This document shows, piece by piece, positions 1 to 9,076 of a DNA stretch of 64,000 nt; position 1 is the stretch's first letter, and each line of letters opens with the position of its first letter. This DNA comes from Candidatus Thorarchaeota archaeon (lineage in GTDB: Archaea; Asgardarchaeota; Thorarchaeia; Thorarchaeales; Thorarchaeaceae): the NCBI GenBank assembly GCA_019894665.1, contig JAGXOC010000004.1, positions 5,261-69,260 of the forward strand, written 5' to 3'. The notes under the pieces were generated by a model, which was not told the DNA's origin, did not search any database, and saw only the letters and a program-made list of their open reading frames with translations. The position numbers and the translations under genes were made by a program.

Positions 1-1572
1 TCAAAGAAACAGGTCTATCTCTCACTTCGAGATGGTGAGGCAGAACTTCTTGACGCATCTCATCTCTGGGGCAGAGAGACCGACGTGACCACCCAGATGA
101 TGCGAGAGGACCACAAGGATCCCACGTTGGAAACTGGTGTCATCGGACCAGCTGGTGAGAATATGGTTCTGTATGGTTCCATTATTGTTGACTTTTATAG
201 AGCTGCAGGCCGAACTGGGTTGGGATCTGTCCTTGGATCTAAGAATGTCAAGGGTATTGCGGCTAGTGGGTCCTTAGGAATTGAGGCTCACGATATGGAC
301 AAATACCTTGAGGCCAATGAACAAGAGATGGAGAAACTAAGAGCCCCCATCTGGAATGAGTCACTATCATCATTGAGAAAATATGGAACAACGGACCTTA
401 TTGCTATCATAAATGAGATTGGTAGACTTCCAACGAAAAATCATTGGACCGGGTTCTATGAAGATTCGGATGATATTGGTCCTGAAACTATCGCTGAGAA
501 GTACAGAATTGGGCAAGAAGCATGCCACGGATGTGCCATTGGATGCAAGTATATTATTCGTGTCAATGAGGGTAAGTACTCTACAGGACCTATAGGCGGA
601 CCGGAATATGAAACACTCATGGCATTCGGTTCTAATTGTCTGAATAATGACATCGAATCAATATTCCATCTAGGAAAGAGATGCGACCTTCTTGGAATGG
701 ACACTATAAGCTGCGGAAAGTCAATCGGTTTTGCAATGGACCTCTATGAACAGGGCATTATTTCAGCTAACGATGCTGACGGGCTGGATTTAAGCTGGGG
801 CAATGCTGAAACACAGGTTGAGCTTGTTGAGAAGATAGCCAGGCGTGAAGGATTCGGAGACACACTTGCCAATGGTGTCAGAAAGGCTGCTGAGATGATT
901 GGAGGCGAGGCTTGGAGATATGCAGTGCATGTCAAGGGTCTCGAAGCATCCGGGCAAGACCCGCGAGCTCATCAGAGCATTGGATTGACCTATGCGACCA
1001 ATGTGAGGGGTGCGGACCACCTAAGAAGCCTCTCAAGTCTGGAAGAACTGGGTTATTCTGAAATTGTCATAGAACGGTTTGGCAAAGAGAAAGCAGATGC
1101 CATCTTGGACATCATGTCCCCAGTCCACAAAGGAGAGGTCGTCTGGGACATGGAAGACCTGTACGCAATTGTAGACTCAGCGGTGATCTGCAAATATGGA
1201 ACGATGTGGCCACCAGTCTTTTACTATGACACATTTGTGAACGTGATACCTCATCTGACAGGGATGGCAGAGTGGGGAGACCCAAAGTTCGTCAGAAAAG
1301 CCGGGGAGAGAATCAGTCACCTGAGGAGAGCCTATAATCACAGGCTCGGTGTGACTCGCAAGGAAGAGACCCTGCCTCCACGGCTATTGGAAGACCCAAT
1401 GCCAACAGGACCGTCAAAGGGCGGTCTCCCAGACCTTGATTACATGCTGGATGACTACTACAAGTTTCGAGGTTGTGACCGAGAGACTGGCTATCCAAAG
1501 GAAGCAAAGCTGAAAGAGCTTGACCTTGATTTCGTGATTGAGGACCTAAAACCCCGTGGAATGACCAGGTAA
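1..1572 (+). CDS. Aldehyde:ferredoxin oxidoreductase (AOR family), 5'-truncated by the window start
   Basis: Reading frame is open from nt 1 with no upstream stop. IGPAGEN...RAAGRTGLGSVLGSKNVKGIAASG (end of the AOR N-domain) and EACHGCAIGCKY (Cys cluster ligands) match the AOR family, and the C-terminal alpha-domain is present. Confidence 0.85.
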   Translation, partial: SKKQVYLSLRDGEAELLDASHLWGRETDVTTQMMREDHKDPTLETGVIGPAGENMVLYGSIIVDFYRAAGRTGLGSVLGSKNVKGIAASGSLGIEAHDMDKYLEANEQEMEKLRAPIWNESLSSLRKYGTTDLIAIINEIGRLPTKNHWTGFYEDSDDIGPETIAEKYRIGQEACHGCAIGCKYIIRVNEGKYSTGPIGGPEYETLMAFGSNCLNNDIESIFHLGKRCDLLGMDTISCGKSIGFAMDLYEQGIISANDADGLDLSWGNAETQVELVEKIARREGFGDTLANGVRKAAEMIGGEAWRYAVHVKGLEASGQDPRAHQSIGLTYATNVRGADHLRSLSSLEELGYSEIVIERFGKEKADAILDIMSPVHKGEVVWDMEDLYAIVDSAVICKYGTMWPPVFYYDTFVNVIPHLTGMAEWGDPKFVRKAGERISHLRRAYNHRLGVTRKEETLPPRLLEDPMPTGPSKGGLPDLDYMLDDYYKFRGCDRETGYPKEAKLKELDLDFVIEDLKPRGMTR

Positions 1573-1675
1573 TGATATACTAGACAATTAATCAGGGTTA
1601 TCTTTAAGTGAGGCATCAAAGTCGGTGAATTGTCAATAGTTTGTTTGTTTTACGTAGTAGAAGGCGAACAGCGGC

Positions 1676-3481
1676 ATGATTCAAAAGAATACAATAGAAC
1701 GTCAGATTTTTCTCTTCATATTAGGAGCATTCATAGGTGTTGTTTCAGGCGTTACTGCTGTTCTGTTTAGAATTTTTATTCTCATTATCAGTCAGGTTTT
1801 TGTAATCATCCCACAAGTTCTAGGTGTTTTAGGATGGGTTGTTCTTCCAATCCTAGGTGGTTTGATTGTTGCGTTCATCGTTGTTAGATATGCACCTGAA
1901 GCAAAGGGTCACGGTGTCCCAGAAGTAATGGAGGCTTATGCTCTACATGACGGGAAGATACGTTTTCGTGTTCCGCTTCTAAAGAGTCTAGCATCAGCAA
2001 TTTGTATAGGAACCGGAGGCTCTTGTGGTCGTGAAGGACCCATTGCACAGATAGGAGCTGGTGCAGGGTCTGCTGTTGCGACAGCATTCCATCTTAACAA
2101 AAGAGAGAGAAAGACACTTCTGGTGTGTGGACTCTCAGCAGGAATAGCTGCTACTTTCAATGCACCCTTGGGTGGAGCTCTATTTGGAATCGAGGTTCTA
2201 GCAGGAGGAATAGTCGGATTCTCAATTCTACCAGTAATTTTGGCATCAGTAGTCGCCACAGCAATAGCAGATTTGATACTTGGTACAGCAGTTTCATTCC
2301 AAGCACCACTTTTTGTGATGGGACATCCAATTGAGCTCGTTTTCTATCTTGCTCTGGGAATCACTCTCGGTGTGATTAGTGTCATCTGGATGAGAGGGTT
2401 CTACTCCATAGAGGACCTACTAGAAAAACTCCGTGCATCGAAATATATCCTTCCAGCAATTGGAGGTTTTCTTACTGGAGTTCTTGCATTGTGTACCTTT
2501 TACTTGGAAAGTGTGTTCGCTTATTCCGGAGCATTTTCTGCAAACCAGCCATACTATCCTGCTATAATGGGGGTGGGATATGCTTTCATTGATACAACTC
2601 TACTAGGGAATGCTGCATTAGGAGCTCTTCTTCTCTTTGGTTTAATGAAGATCTTTGCTACAAGCTTCACTTTAGGGTCTGGTGGGTCCGGTGGGGTGTT
2701 TGCACCAACTCTCTTCATAGGAGCAGCATTTGGTGGTGCCTTTGGTTTGGTCTGTTCCATGCTTGTACCATGGGCAGTCCCGCAACCTATGGCATTTGCA
2801 CTAGTTGGTATGGCTGCGCTCTTTGCTGGATCGGGGCGAGCTCCAATCACATGTATTGTTATGTTAATGGAAATGACGGCTGATTATTCGTTGATCCTGC
2901 CCTTGATGATAGCAGTTTCCTCATCATATTTTGTTTCTTCACTAATTGAGCCTGAAAGCATTTACACTTTGAAATTATCCAGGAGAGGAGTGAAAATCCA
3001 GAGTGGAATTCACATTTCAGCTCTCAAGACAATAAAAGTCAACGAAGCAATGACAGCAGACCCTGCAATATTGCATCCTACAATGACTACCACCAAGGTC
3101 TTTGAAATCATTGATAAAACCCATCATACAAAATTCCCGGTCGTGGATGACTTCGGCAATGTTATCGGTATATTGGTAGCTGAGGACTTGTTCCATGAAC
3201 CCAAGGAAGATGGGAGTGAATATCAAGTCAGAGAACTCATGAATCCAAACTTCTTACATCTTGATCCTGGATGCACAATGGACAGTGCACTTCAGATCAT
3301 GATGAAACGAGATGAGGGACATGCAGTGATAGTTGATCCGAAAGACCCCCAACGGATGATTGGTTACATCACCAAAGCAGATGTACTCAAGGCGTACGAA
3401 ATCGCAATCATTAGGCTTCAAAAATCTGGCATTGATTTGGATGATATCGATCCTGCCGAGATTATTGATGCTGGTGAATAA
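1676..3481 (+). CDS. ClC-family chloride channel / H+-Cl- antiporter with C-terminal tandem CBS domains
   Basis: Multiple TM helices. ClC selectivity motifs GHGVPE, GREGP and GxFAPTLF are present. The C-terminal ~150 aa have CBS-pair character. Confidence 0.85.
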   Translation: MIQKNTIERQIFLFILGAFIGVVSGVTAVLFRIFILIISQVFVIIPQVLGVLGWVVLPILGGLIVAFIVVRYAPEAKGHGVPEVMEAYALHDGKIRFRVPLLKSLASAICIGTGGSCGREGPIAQIGAGAGSAVATAFHLNKRERKTLLVCGLSAGIAATFNAPLGGALFGIEVLAGGIVGFSILPVILASVVATAIADLILGTAVSFQAPLFVMGHPIELVFYLALGITLGVISVIWMRGFYSIEDLLEKLRASKYILPAIGGFLTGVLALCTFYLESVFAYSGAFSANQPYYPAIMGVGYAFIDTTLLGNAALGALLLFGLMKIFATSFTLGSGGSGGVFAPTLFIGAAFGGAFGLVCSMLVPWAVPQPMAFALVGMAALFAGSGRAPITCIVMLMEMTADYSLILPLMIAVSSSYFVSSLIEPESIYTLKLSRRGVKIQSGIHISALKTIKVNEAMTADPAILHPTMTTTKVFEIIDKTHHTKFPVVDDFGNVIGILVAEDLFHEPKEDGSEYQVRELMNPNFLHLDPGCTMDSALQIMMKRDEGHAVIVDPKDPQRMIGYITKADVLKAYEIAIIRLQKSGIDLDDIDPAEIIDAGE

Positions 3482-3550
3482 TCAGTCATCTAGAGAAATG
3501 TGAGATTGGAATGGAGAACTCTTTATGTTAGTGATGTCCTTGGTCGTGAT

Positions 3551-4645
3551 ATGGTCGATATCAGCACTGAGTTTGCAGGATTGAAACTCAAGAATCCCGT
3601 CATGACTGCAGCAGGTCCAACTTCTAGAGATGGAATGACTCTATTGAACGCAACAGCAGGCGGTGCTGGAGGTCTTGTTGCAAAGACTGTCAGTGTCAGA
3701 CCTGCAGATGTTCCTCGACCCAATATGGCCGCACTCAAAGAAGGCAGGGTTGGGTCTCGAAGAGGCATCCTCAACACCGAACTCTGGAGTGAGCTTCCAG
3801 TTGAGAGATGGCTTGAGAGGGAATATGCAATAGCCCTCAGTTCAGGTTTACCCTTAGTTGCAAGTGTAGGTTATACTCCAGAGGATGTTTCTCAGCTCGG
3901 ACCAAAACTGGAGAAGGCAGGAGTCCATGCCATTGAATTCAGCACACATTACGTTGGAGGACACACTGAGATTGCAAAGGCATTGAAAGAGGTTGTCGAT
4001 ATTCCTATCTTTGCAAAGATCAGTCCAAAGGTTGACGTTACAGAGGTGGCAAAGTCGCTCGAACCTCATGTTGACGGCATCGTTGGCATCAATACCTATG
4101 GTCCCTGTTTGAGGATAGATATTGAAACTGGAAAACCAATGTTGGGAAGCAGTGATGGGTTCGGGTGGATGAGTGGAGTGGCTCTGAAACCTATTGCCCT
4201 GAGATGTATCGCAGATATTGCCAGAGCGGTCAAGGTCCCAGTTATCGGAGTGGGTGGTGTGGCATCAGGAGAAGATGTTATAGAGTTCACAATGGTGGGT
4301 GCCTCCGCAGTACAGGTCTGCACAGCAGCAATCCTAGAGGGAGACACGGTGTACGGAAAGATAGCTGGTCAGACCGCAGAGTGGCTCAATAGTCACGGAT
4401 ATGATTCACTCGAAGATATCAGGGGAATAGCATTACGTCATATGGATGGGAGTGCTACACTAACACCTCCACCAACGGTTGACATGGAGAAATGTACATT
4501 GTGCGGTCTCTGTCCTAAGTCATGCGTCTACGGAGCAATCACTGTGGACAAGAAGAATGACATCTTCGAGATTGACAAAGATATCTGTGAGGCTTGTGGC
4601 ATGTGTATCTCTGTTTGTCCATATCATGCATTGAGTGCAGATTAA
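3551..4645 (+). CDS. Dihydroorotate-dehydrogenase-family TIM-barrel protein with C-terminal 2x[4Fe-4S] ferredoxin domain (PreA-like dihydropyrimidine dehydrogenase subunit)
   Basis: The FMN-barrel motif GLKLKNPVMTAAGP is followed by CTLCGLCPKSCVYGA and CEACGMCISVCPY. The longest ORF starts at 3500, but the internal ATG at 3551 fits the family N-terminus. Confidence 0.7.
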   Translation: MVDISTEFAGLKLKNPVMTAAGPTSRDGMTLLNATAGGAGGLVAKTVSVRPADVPRPNMAALKEGRVGSRRGILNTELWSELPVERWLEREYAIALSSGLPLVASVGYTPEDVSQLGPKLEKAGVHAIEFSTHYVGGHTEIAKALKEVVDIPIFAKISPKVDVTEVAKSLEPHVDGIVGINTYGPCLRIDIETGKPMLGSSDGFGWMSGVALKPIALRCIADIARAVKVPVIGVGGVASGEDVIEFTMVGASAVQVCTAAILEGDTVYGKIAGQTAEWLNSHGYDSLEDIRGIALRHMDGSATLTPPPTVDMEKCTLCGLCPKSCVYGAITVDKKNDIFEIDKDICEACGMCISVCPYHALSAD

Positions 4646-5847
4646 ACCCATAGCATTGCGTCAAGATTCCGGGTCAGCAACTCAGCCTTTCCCTTTGTCA
4701 CGGCGTAGTCATTCTCGATCCTGACACCACCAATGCCCTCTAAGTAAACACCAGGTTCGATTGCCATAATGTGACCTTCAGCAAAGTGGGCCTCGCGCTT
4801 GTACATACTGGGTTGTTCATGCACCTCAAGTCCAATGCCATGACCAAGACCATGGGTCATCCCGTCCTTTGCATCAGGATTAAGCCGTCTAGAGTCAAAA
4901 CCATGCTGTTTCAATGTATTGAAGCAAGCGAGGTTGACATCATCAATTTTCGTATCATGAGTAAGGGCGTCCACAGTTGCATCTTCGGCTGCTTGAGCAG
5001 CCTCAAACATCTCTTTTACTCTCTTTGAGGGGGTTCCCTTTACAATAGTCCGAGTGACATCGGCCACATAGCGTTCTTGTTTGAGTCTTGGAAATACATC
5101 AAGGATGATTGGCACCTCAGCTTTCAATTCATCATCTGGATTGCCAAGGTAGTGCCAGTCAAACGCTTTCTCCCCAACTGCTAGGATTGTGTCTTCAGCG
5201 GATTCTGTATTCTTATCTAACAGGAAGTGTTCAAGAGTAAGTTTCACTTGACCTACTGTAAGGGGTTTGCCATCATACATGAGCGTCTTGTTGGCACCAA
5301 CGTTCGAGTCCTTTATCATCTCAACAACCCTTGAAATTGCTCCAACGGTTGCATCCCCAGCTTTCTTGATGATCTTGATTTCATCTGAAGTCTTAGTTGC
5401 TCTTGCATCAGGAATTAGATCACTGACAACTTTCACTTCATATCCAAGGTTCTGAATCAGAACGAGTATACTAGCGGGAATCTCATCAGGAACGCCAATT
5501 ACCTGCCCGGTAAAGTGTTCTTTAAGGAGGGGGGCAAATAGAACATCTCTATTTTCCATGACTGGTTTATTTTCTTTAAGAAGTTGAACTGCTAACTCAC
5601 TCATATCAAAGGTCCTTTTCACAAAACTCTCCTTCTTGACACGATCCAGTGTGTTGAACGGAGCGCCAATGATACCTTGTTCACCTTTATTCTGAAGATA
5701 GAAAATTCTGTCACCAGAACGGAATCCAGTAAGCCACAGAAGATTTGGTGAGTTGAACGGACTGCCATAAGTGAATAGTCCATCAATCTCATATTTCTCC
5801 ATGAGGCCATCCAAGTCACCTAGCATAATGTTCCCCTTGTTGTACAA
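4642..5847 (-). CDS. M24-family metallopeptidase (Xaa-Pro aminopeptidase/prolidase/creatinase-like)
   Basis: Pita-bread-fold metal-ligand motif HGLGHGIGLEVHE. The N-terminal creatinase-like domain is present. Confidence 0.75.
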   Translation of the reverse strand: MYNKGNIMLGDLDGLMEKYEIDGLFTYGSPFNSPNLLWLTGFRSGDRIFYLQNKGEQGIIGAPFNTLDRVKKESFVKRTFDMSELAVQLLKENKPVMENRDVLFAPLLKEHFTGQVIGVPDEIPASILVLIQNLGYEVKVVSDLIPDARATKTSDEIKIIKKAGDATVGAISRVVEMIKDSNVGANKTLMYDGKPLTVGQVKLTLEHFLLDKNTESAEDTILAVGEKAFDWHYLGNPDDELKAEVPIILDVFPRLKQERYVADVTRTIVKGTPSKRVKEMFEAAQAAEDATVDALTHDTKIDDVNLACFNTLKQHGFDSRRLNPDAKDGMTHGLGHGIGLEVHEQPSMYKREAHFAEGHIMAIEPGVYLEGIGGVRIENDYAVTKGKAELLTRNLDAMLWV

Positions 5848-5881
5848 AGTAGGCCGGAGAGCTGATGAAAAAAGCTTCCTT

Positions 5882-6778
5882 TCATGCCTGCAGATAGGGA
5901 CGCATCCGAGTTTCTATCATGACACGGTCAGGCATATCATAAGGACCCATGGTTTCCACATTGAATGAAGAGCATGTCGCTGCAAAAAGTCCTGCTCGTG
6001 TCACATTTGCGGACCTCATGTATTCGAGTAAGAAACCGATGGCGTACGTGTCCCCACAACCTGTTGAGTCCACCTGAGCATTTGACAAGACTAGAGGAAT
6101 GTCCACCTGCGTATTTCGCGTGTAGATAGTGGATCCTCTACGGTCCCGTGTTACCATCACTATTCTCGGACCAATGTCTAGAATATGAGAGACCGCAGAC
6201 AGTTCAGATTCATCTGCATTGATAGTCTTCAATTCAGCGTCATGTAGCTTGACAACGTCAACCAATCTGAGGATCTCGTCACTTTCGGGCCAGATTTGGG
6301 AAGTAACCTTGCAGTCATTAGTTATCGCCCGTAAGTAGCCCTGTACATCAAGTGAGATTAATGCCCCCTCCTCGCGTGCAACGTCAAAACATTCCTTGTC
6401 GATCTCATTGCATGAGAGCGGAGAGAAATGAATTATACTTGCTCGAGAATGCTCTTTAGTGAAGTCGGAGGCTAGTATTTGCGGCGCAAGAGCTTCAACC
6501 CTTTGTGTACGTTCTCCATCTGCATCGTATTCATTGACAAAACGAGTTGTGTGGTCACCTTCATAGTGGAGTCCTATCAGATTAAGACCTGACGCCATCA
6601 GGGATATCTTGTAGAATTCATCAAAGTCTAGTCCAACTTTGGAGATGATACCCGTACCAAATGCACCGATTGCAGGGGCTAGCATTGCATATGCTGTTCC
6701 ACCCCCGAGCATCTCCTGTCTGGTCTCGGGTGTGATTATCAGGTCCCTGCTTAGGTGTCCAACTACAACAATTTCCAT
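5882..6778 (-). CDS. PfkB-family carbohydrate/nucleoside kinase (ribokinase-like)
   Basis: C-terminal PfkB signature DSTGCGDTYAIGFL and an N-terminal GG dipeptide region. Confidence 0.75.
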   Translation of the reverse strand: MEIVVVGHLSRDLIITPETRQEMLGGGTAYAMLAPAIGAFGTGIISKVGLDFDEFYKISLMASGLNLIGLHYEGDHTTRFVNEYDADGERTQRVEALAPQILASDFTKEHSRASIIHFSPLSCNEIDKECFDVAREEGALISLDVQGYLRAITNDCKVTSQIWPESDEILRLVDVVKLHDAELKTINADESELSAVSHILDIGPRIVMVTRDRRGSTIYTRNTQVDIPLVLSNAQVDSTGCGDTYAIGFLLEYMRSANVTRAGLFAATCSSFNVETMGPYDMPDRVMIETRMRPYLQA

Positions 6779-6892
6779 TCTAATACCATTGGCACACTCT
6801 ACGAAGCATTCCTATAACTTCTATGCTCGGGAGAGACTAGAAGGCAACGGTTTTAATCTCACACGCCATCTCGGTATATTGGGTGTGAAATC

Positions 6893-7174
6893 TTGGCCCA
6901 TGTCTTGGTGAAATTCTTTGCTACCGTCAGAGAGGTTACAGGAGTCAAAAGTATAGAACTTGAAGCAGAGACCATCGGAGACCTTCTTCAATCTCTGGTT
7001 CAGACTTATGGAAATAAGTTCAAGGATACTGTTCTGAACAATGATACAGGTGAGCTCAAGCAGTTCTTCTCGTGTATGATCAATGGTAGACGGATTGAGC
7101 TTCTCGATGGATATGAAACTGTTCTAAAAGATGATGATGCTGTAGCTCTATTTCCGCCTGTTGGAGGGGGATGA
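6893..7174 (+). CDS. MoaD/ThiS/SAMP-like beta-grasp small protein with C-terminal Gly-Gly-Gly
   Basis: 93 aa that end ...VALFPPVGGG-stop. The size, the ending and the internal pattern are typical of MoaD/SAMP. The stop overlaps the TTG start of the next gene. Confidence 0.7.
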   Translation: MAHVLVKFFATVREVTGVKSIELEAETIGDLLQSLVQTYGNKFKDTVLNNDTGELKQFFSCMINGRRIELLDGYETVLKDDDAVALFPPVGGG

Positions 7175-8581
7175 TTGAGCAGCACCCTCACATCAACCTT
7201 CAGAAAACAGACGCGAGGTTCTGTTGATCTTGTTGTGAAAAACGCCAAACTTCTCCTTGAGTCAGGAATTGCTACGGGAGGAATAGGCGTCATAAATGGG
7301 ACAATTGTCGTCATCGCAGGCGATGACCACTTACCTGAAGCTAGTACAGTCATTGATGCCGAGGGTAAAATCTTGATGCCAGGATTGATCGACGCTCATG
7401 CCCATATTCATGATCCCGCGATGTTGGAACATGAGACCTTCACTACAGGATCAAAGGCAGCAGTTGCTGGAGGTGTCACTACTTTCGTGGACATGCCCCT
7501 TACAAATCAAGTTGACACTACAAAAGCTGTAGATGAGAAGATTGCTCAAGGAGAGGAGATGAGCGTTGCTGACTTCACGTTTTATGCAGGGATGATGAAC
7601 TCAGAAAATCATGTTGCAATCCCAGCACTTGTTGACAAGGGTGTGGCTGCCTTCAAGGCATTCAACTGTGAGCCCTATCATGCAAGTAATGGGGTCATTG
7701 TGAAGTGCCTGAGTGCAGTATCTGAATTTGGGGGGCTTCTCACGGTTCATTCTGAGGATCAAGGCATTCTTGATGAGTTTGGCAGAGAAATGGAGGATGA
7801 GTGGGATGCGCCCATCAGTCATTCACTTGCAAGACCTAACATAGCAGAACAACTAGCAATACGGCAAAACATCGATATCGCAGAGCAGACCGGAGGCCAT
7901 CTCCATATCGCACATGTGACAACCAGAGAAGGCCTGCAAGAAGTGGAGAAAGGTAGACTTCGAGGGGTCATGGTTACGACAGAAGTGTGTCCCCATCATC
8001 TTGTATTCTATCGAGATGATATGAACCGCCTAGGTGCCAAGAGCAAGATGAACCCTCCCCTCAGATCTAGTGAGGACAGAGCAGCACTCTGGTCAGGATT
8101 ACTTCGTGGTGCGATAGATACAGTGGTGAGCGATCATGCTCCTTGCCCTATCGAGATGAAGGAAGCAGGTTCTGAGGACATTCGTGAAGCATGGTCAGGT
8201 GTTGATGGTATCCAGATGATTCTCAGAGTTCTCTTGTCAGAAGGCATCAACAAATCACGACTAACATATTCGAAACTCTTACGGATATGCTCTCGAAATC
8301 CTGCGAGAATTTTCGGTCTCTATCCTAAGAAAGGAGTCCTCAGCCTTGGGGCAGACGCGGACTTCGTGATAATTGACCAGCACAAGGAAGAAAAGATTAC
8401 AGTGGATATGATGGAGTCAAAGTGCGGATGGACACTTTATGAGGGGATGACATTGAAGGGAGTGCCCGTAATGACCTTTATCAGGGGCGCAGAGGCCTTC
8501 AACGGGGCCAACGTGACAATAAAACCAGGCCATGGAAAGTTCCAAGCAATGGGTAGTGGAAACAAGCCTATCGGAGATTGA
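7175..8581 (+). CDS. Cyclic amidohydrolase (dihydropyrimidinase / hydantoinase / allantoinase family)
   Basis: N-terminal DLVVKNAKLL...ILMPGLIDAHAHIHD metal-binding HxH motif of the amidohydrolase superfamily; about 468 aa. A TTG start is inferred at 7175, immediately after the MoaD-like stop. Confidence 0.75.
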   Translation: MSSTLTSTFRKQTRGSVDLVVKNAKLLLESGIATGGIGVINGTIVVIAGDDHLPEASTVIDAEGKILMPGLIDAHAHIHDPAMLEHETFTTGSKAAVAGGVTTFVDMPLTNQVDTTKAVDEKIAQGEEMSVADFTFYAGMMNSENHVAIPALVDKGVAAFKAFNCEPYHASNGVIVKCLSAVSEFGGLLTVHSEDQGILDEFGREMEDEWDAPISHSLARPNIAEQLAIRQNIDIAEQTGGHLHIAHVTTREGLQEVEKGRLRGVMVTTEVCPHHLVFYRDDMNRLGAKSKMNPPLRSSEDRAALWSGLLRGAIDTVVSDHAPCPIEMKEAGSEDIREAWSGVDGIQMILRVLLSEGINKSRLTYSKLLRICSRNPARIFGLYPKKGVLSLGADADFVIIDQHKEEKITVDMMESKCGWTLYEGMTLKGVPVMTFIRGAEAFNGANVTIKPGHGKFQAMGSGNKPIGD

Positions 8582-8584
8582 ATC

Positions 8585-9076
8585 TTGACAGAACTCAAGT
8601 TTGTATTTGGTGACCCGCGAGTATGCTCTGGATGTATGACATGCTCAAACACATGCAGTATGTTCTACTACAAAGTAATCAGTCCTACACGGGCACGGAA
8701 TCGAGTGTTGAGAATTGAACCAGCCCTTGACTTTCCTCTCTTCTGTAGAAATTGTGAGGATGCACCATGTATCAAGGCGTGTCCGGAACAAGCACTGATG
8801 CGCACGTCCAAGGGTGTTGTAATCATCAACAACAAAAAGTGCGTTGGTCATGGAGAGTGTGTCAAGGCATGTCCGTATTATGCAATCCGTATCCATCCCG
8901 ACACTGGAAAGGCGTTCAAGTGTATCCAGTGTGGTCAGTGTGTAGAACGTTGTCCCGCAGATGCAATCTGGATGACGACTGAGAGCGAGCTCGCGGAAAA
9001 AGACCAGGATGGTAGTATGATGGATTTGTACGAGCAGCAGAAGGAAGAGATCTACGACAAGGAGGATTCAATATGA
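8585..9076 (+). CDS. Polyferredoxin (4x CxxCxxCxxxCP), AOR-associated electron-transfer subunit
   Basis: Four 4Fe-4S motifs: CSGCMTCSNTC, CRNCEDAPCIKACP, CVGHGECVKACP and CIQCGQCVERCP. The stop overlaps the AOR start (ATGA). Confidence 0.8.
   Translation: MTELKFVFGDPRVCSGCMTCSNTCSMFYYKVISPTRARNRVLRIEPALDFPLFCRNCEDAPCIKACPEQALMRTSKGVVIINNKKCVGHGECVKACPYYAIRIHPDTGKAFKCIQCGQCVERCPADAIWMTTESELAEKDQDGSMMDLYEQQKEEIYDKEDSI

Noticed and set aside
1936-2259. 107-aa minus-strand ORF
   Set aside because: It is antisense to the ClC channel gene.
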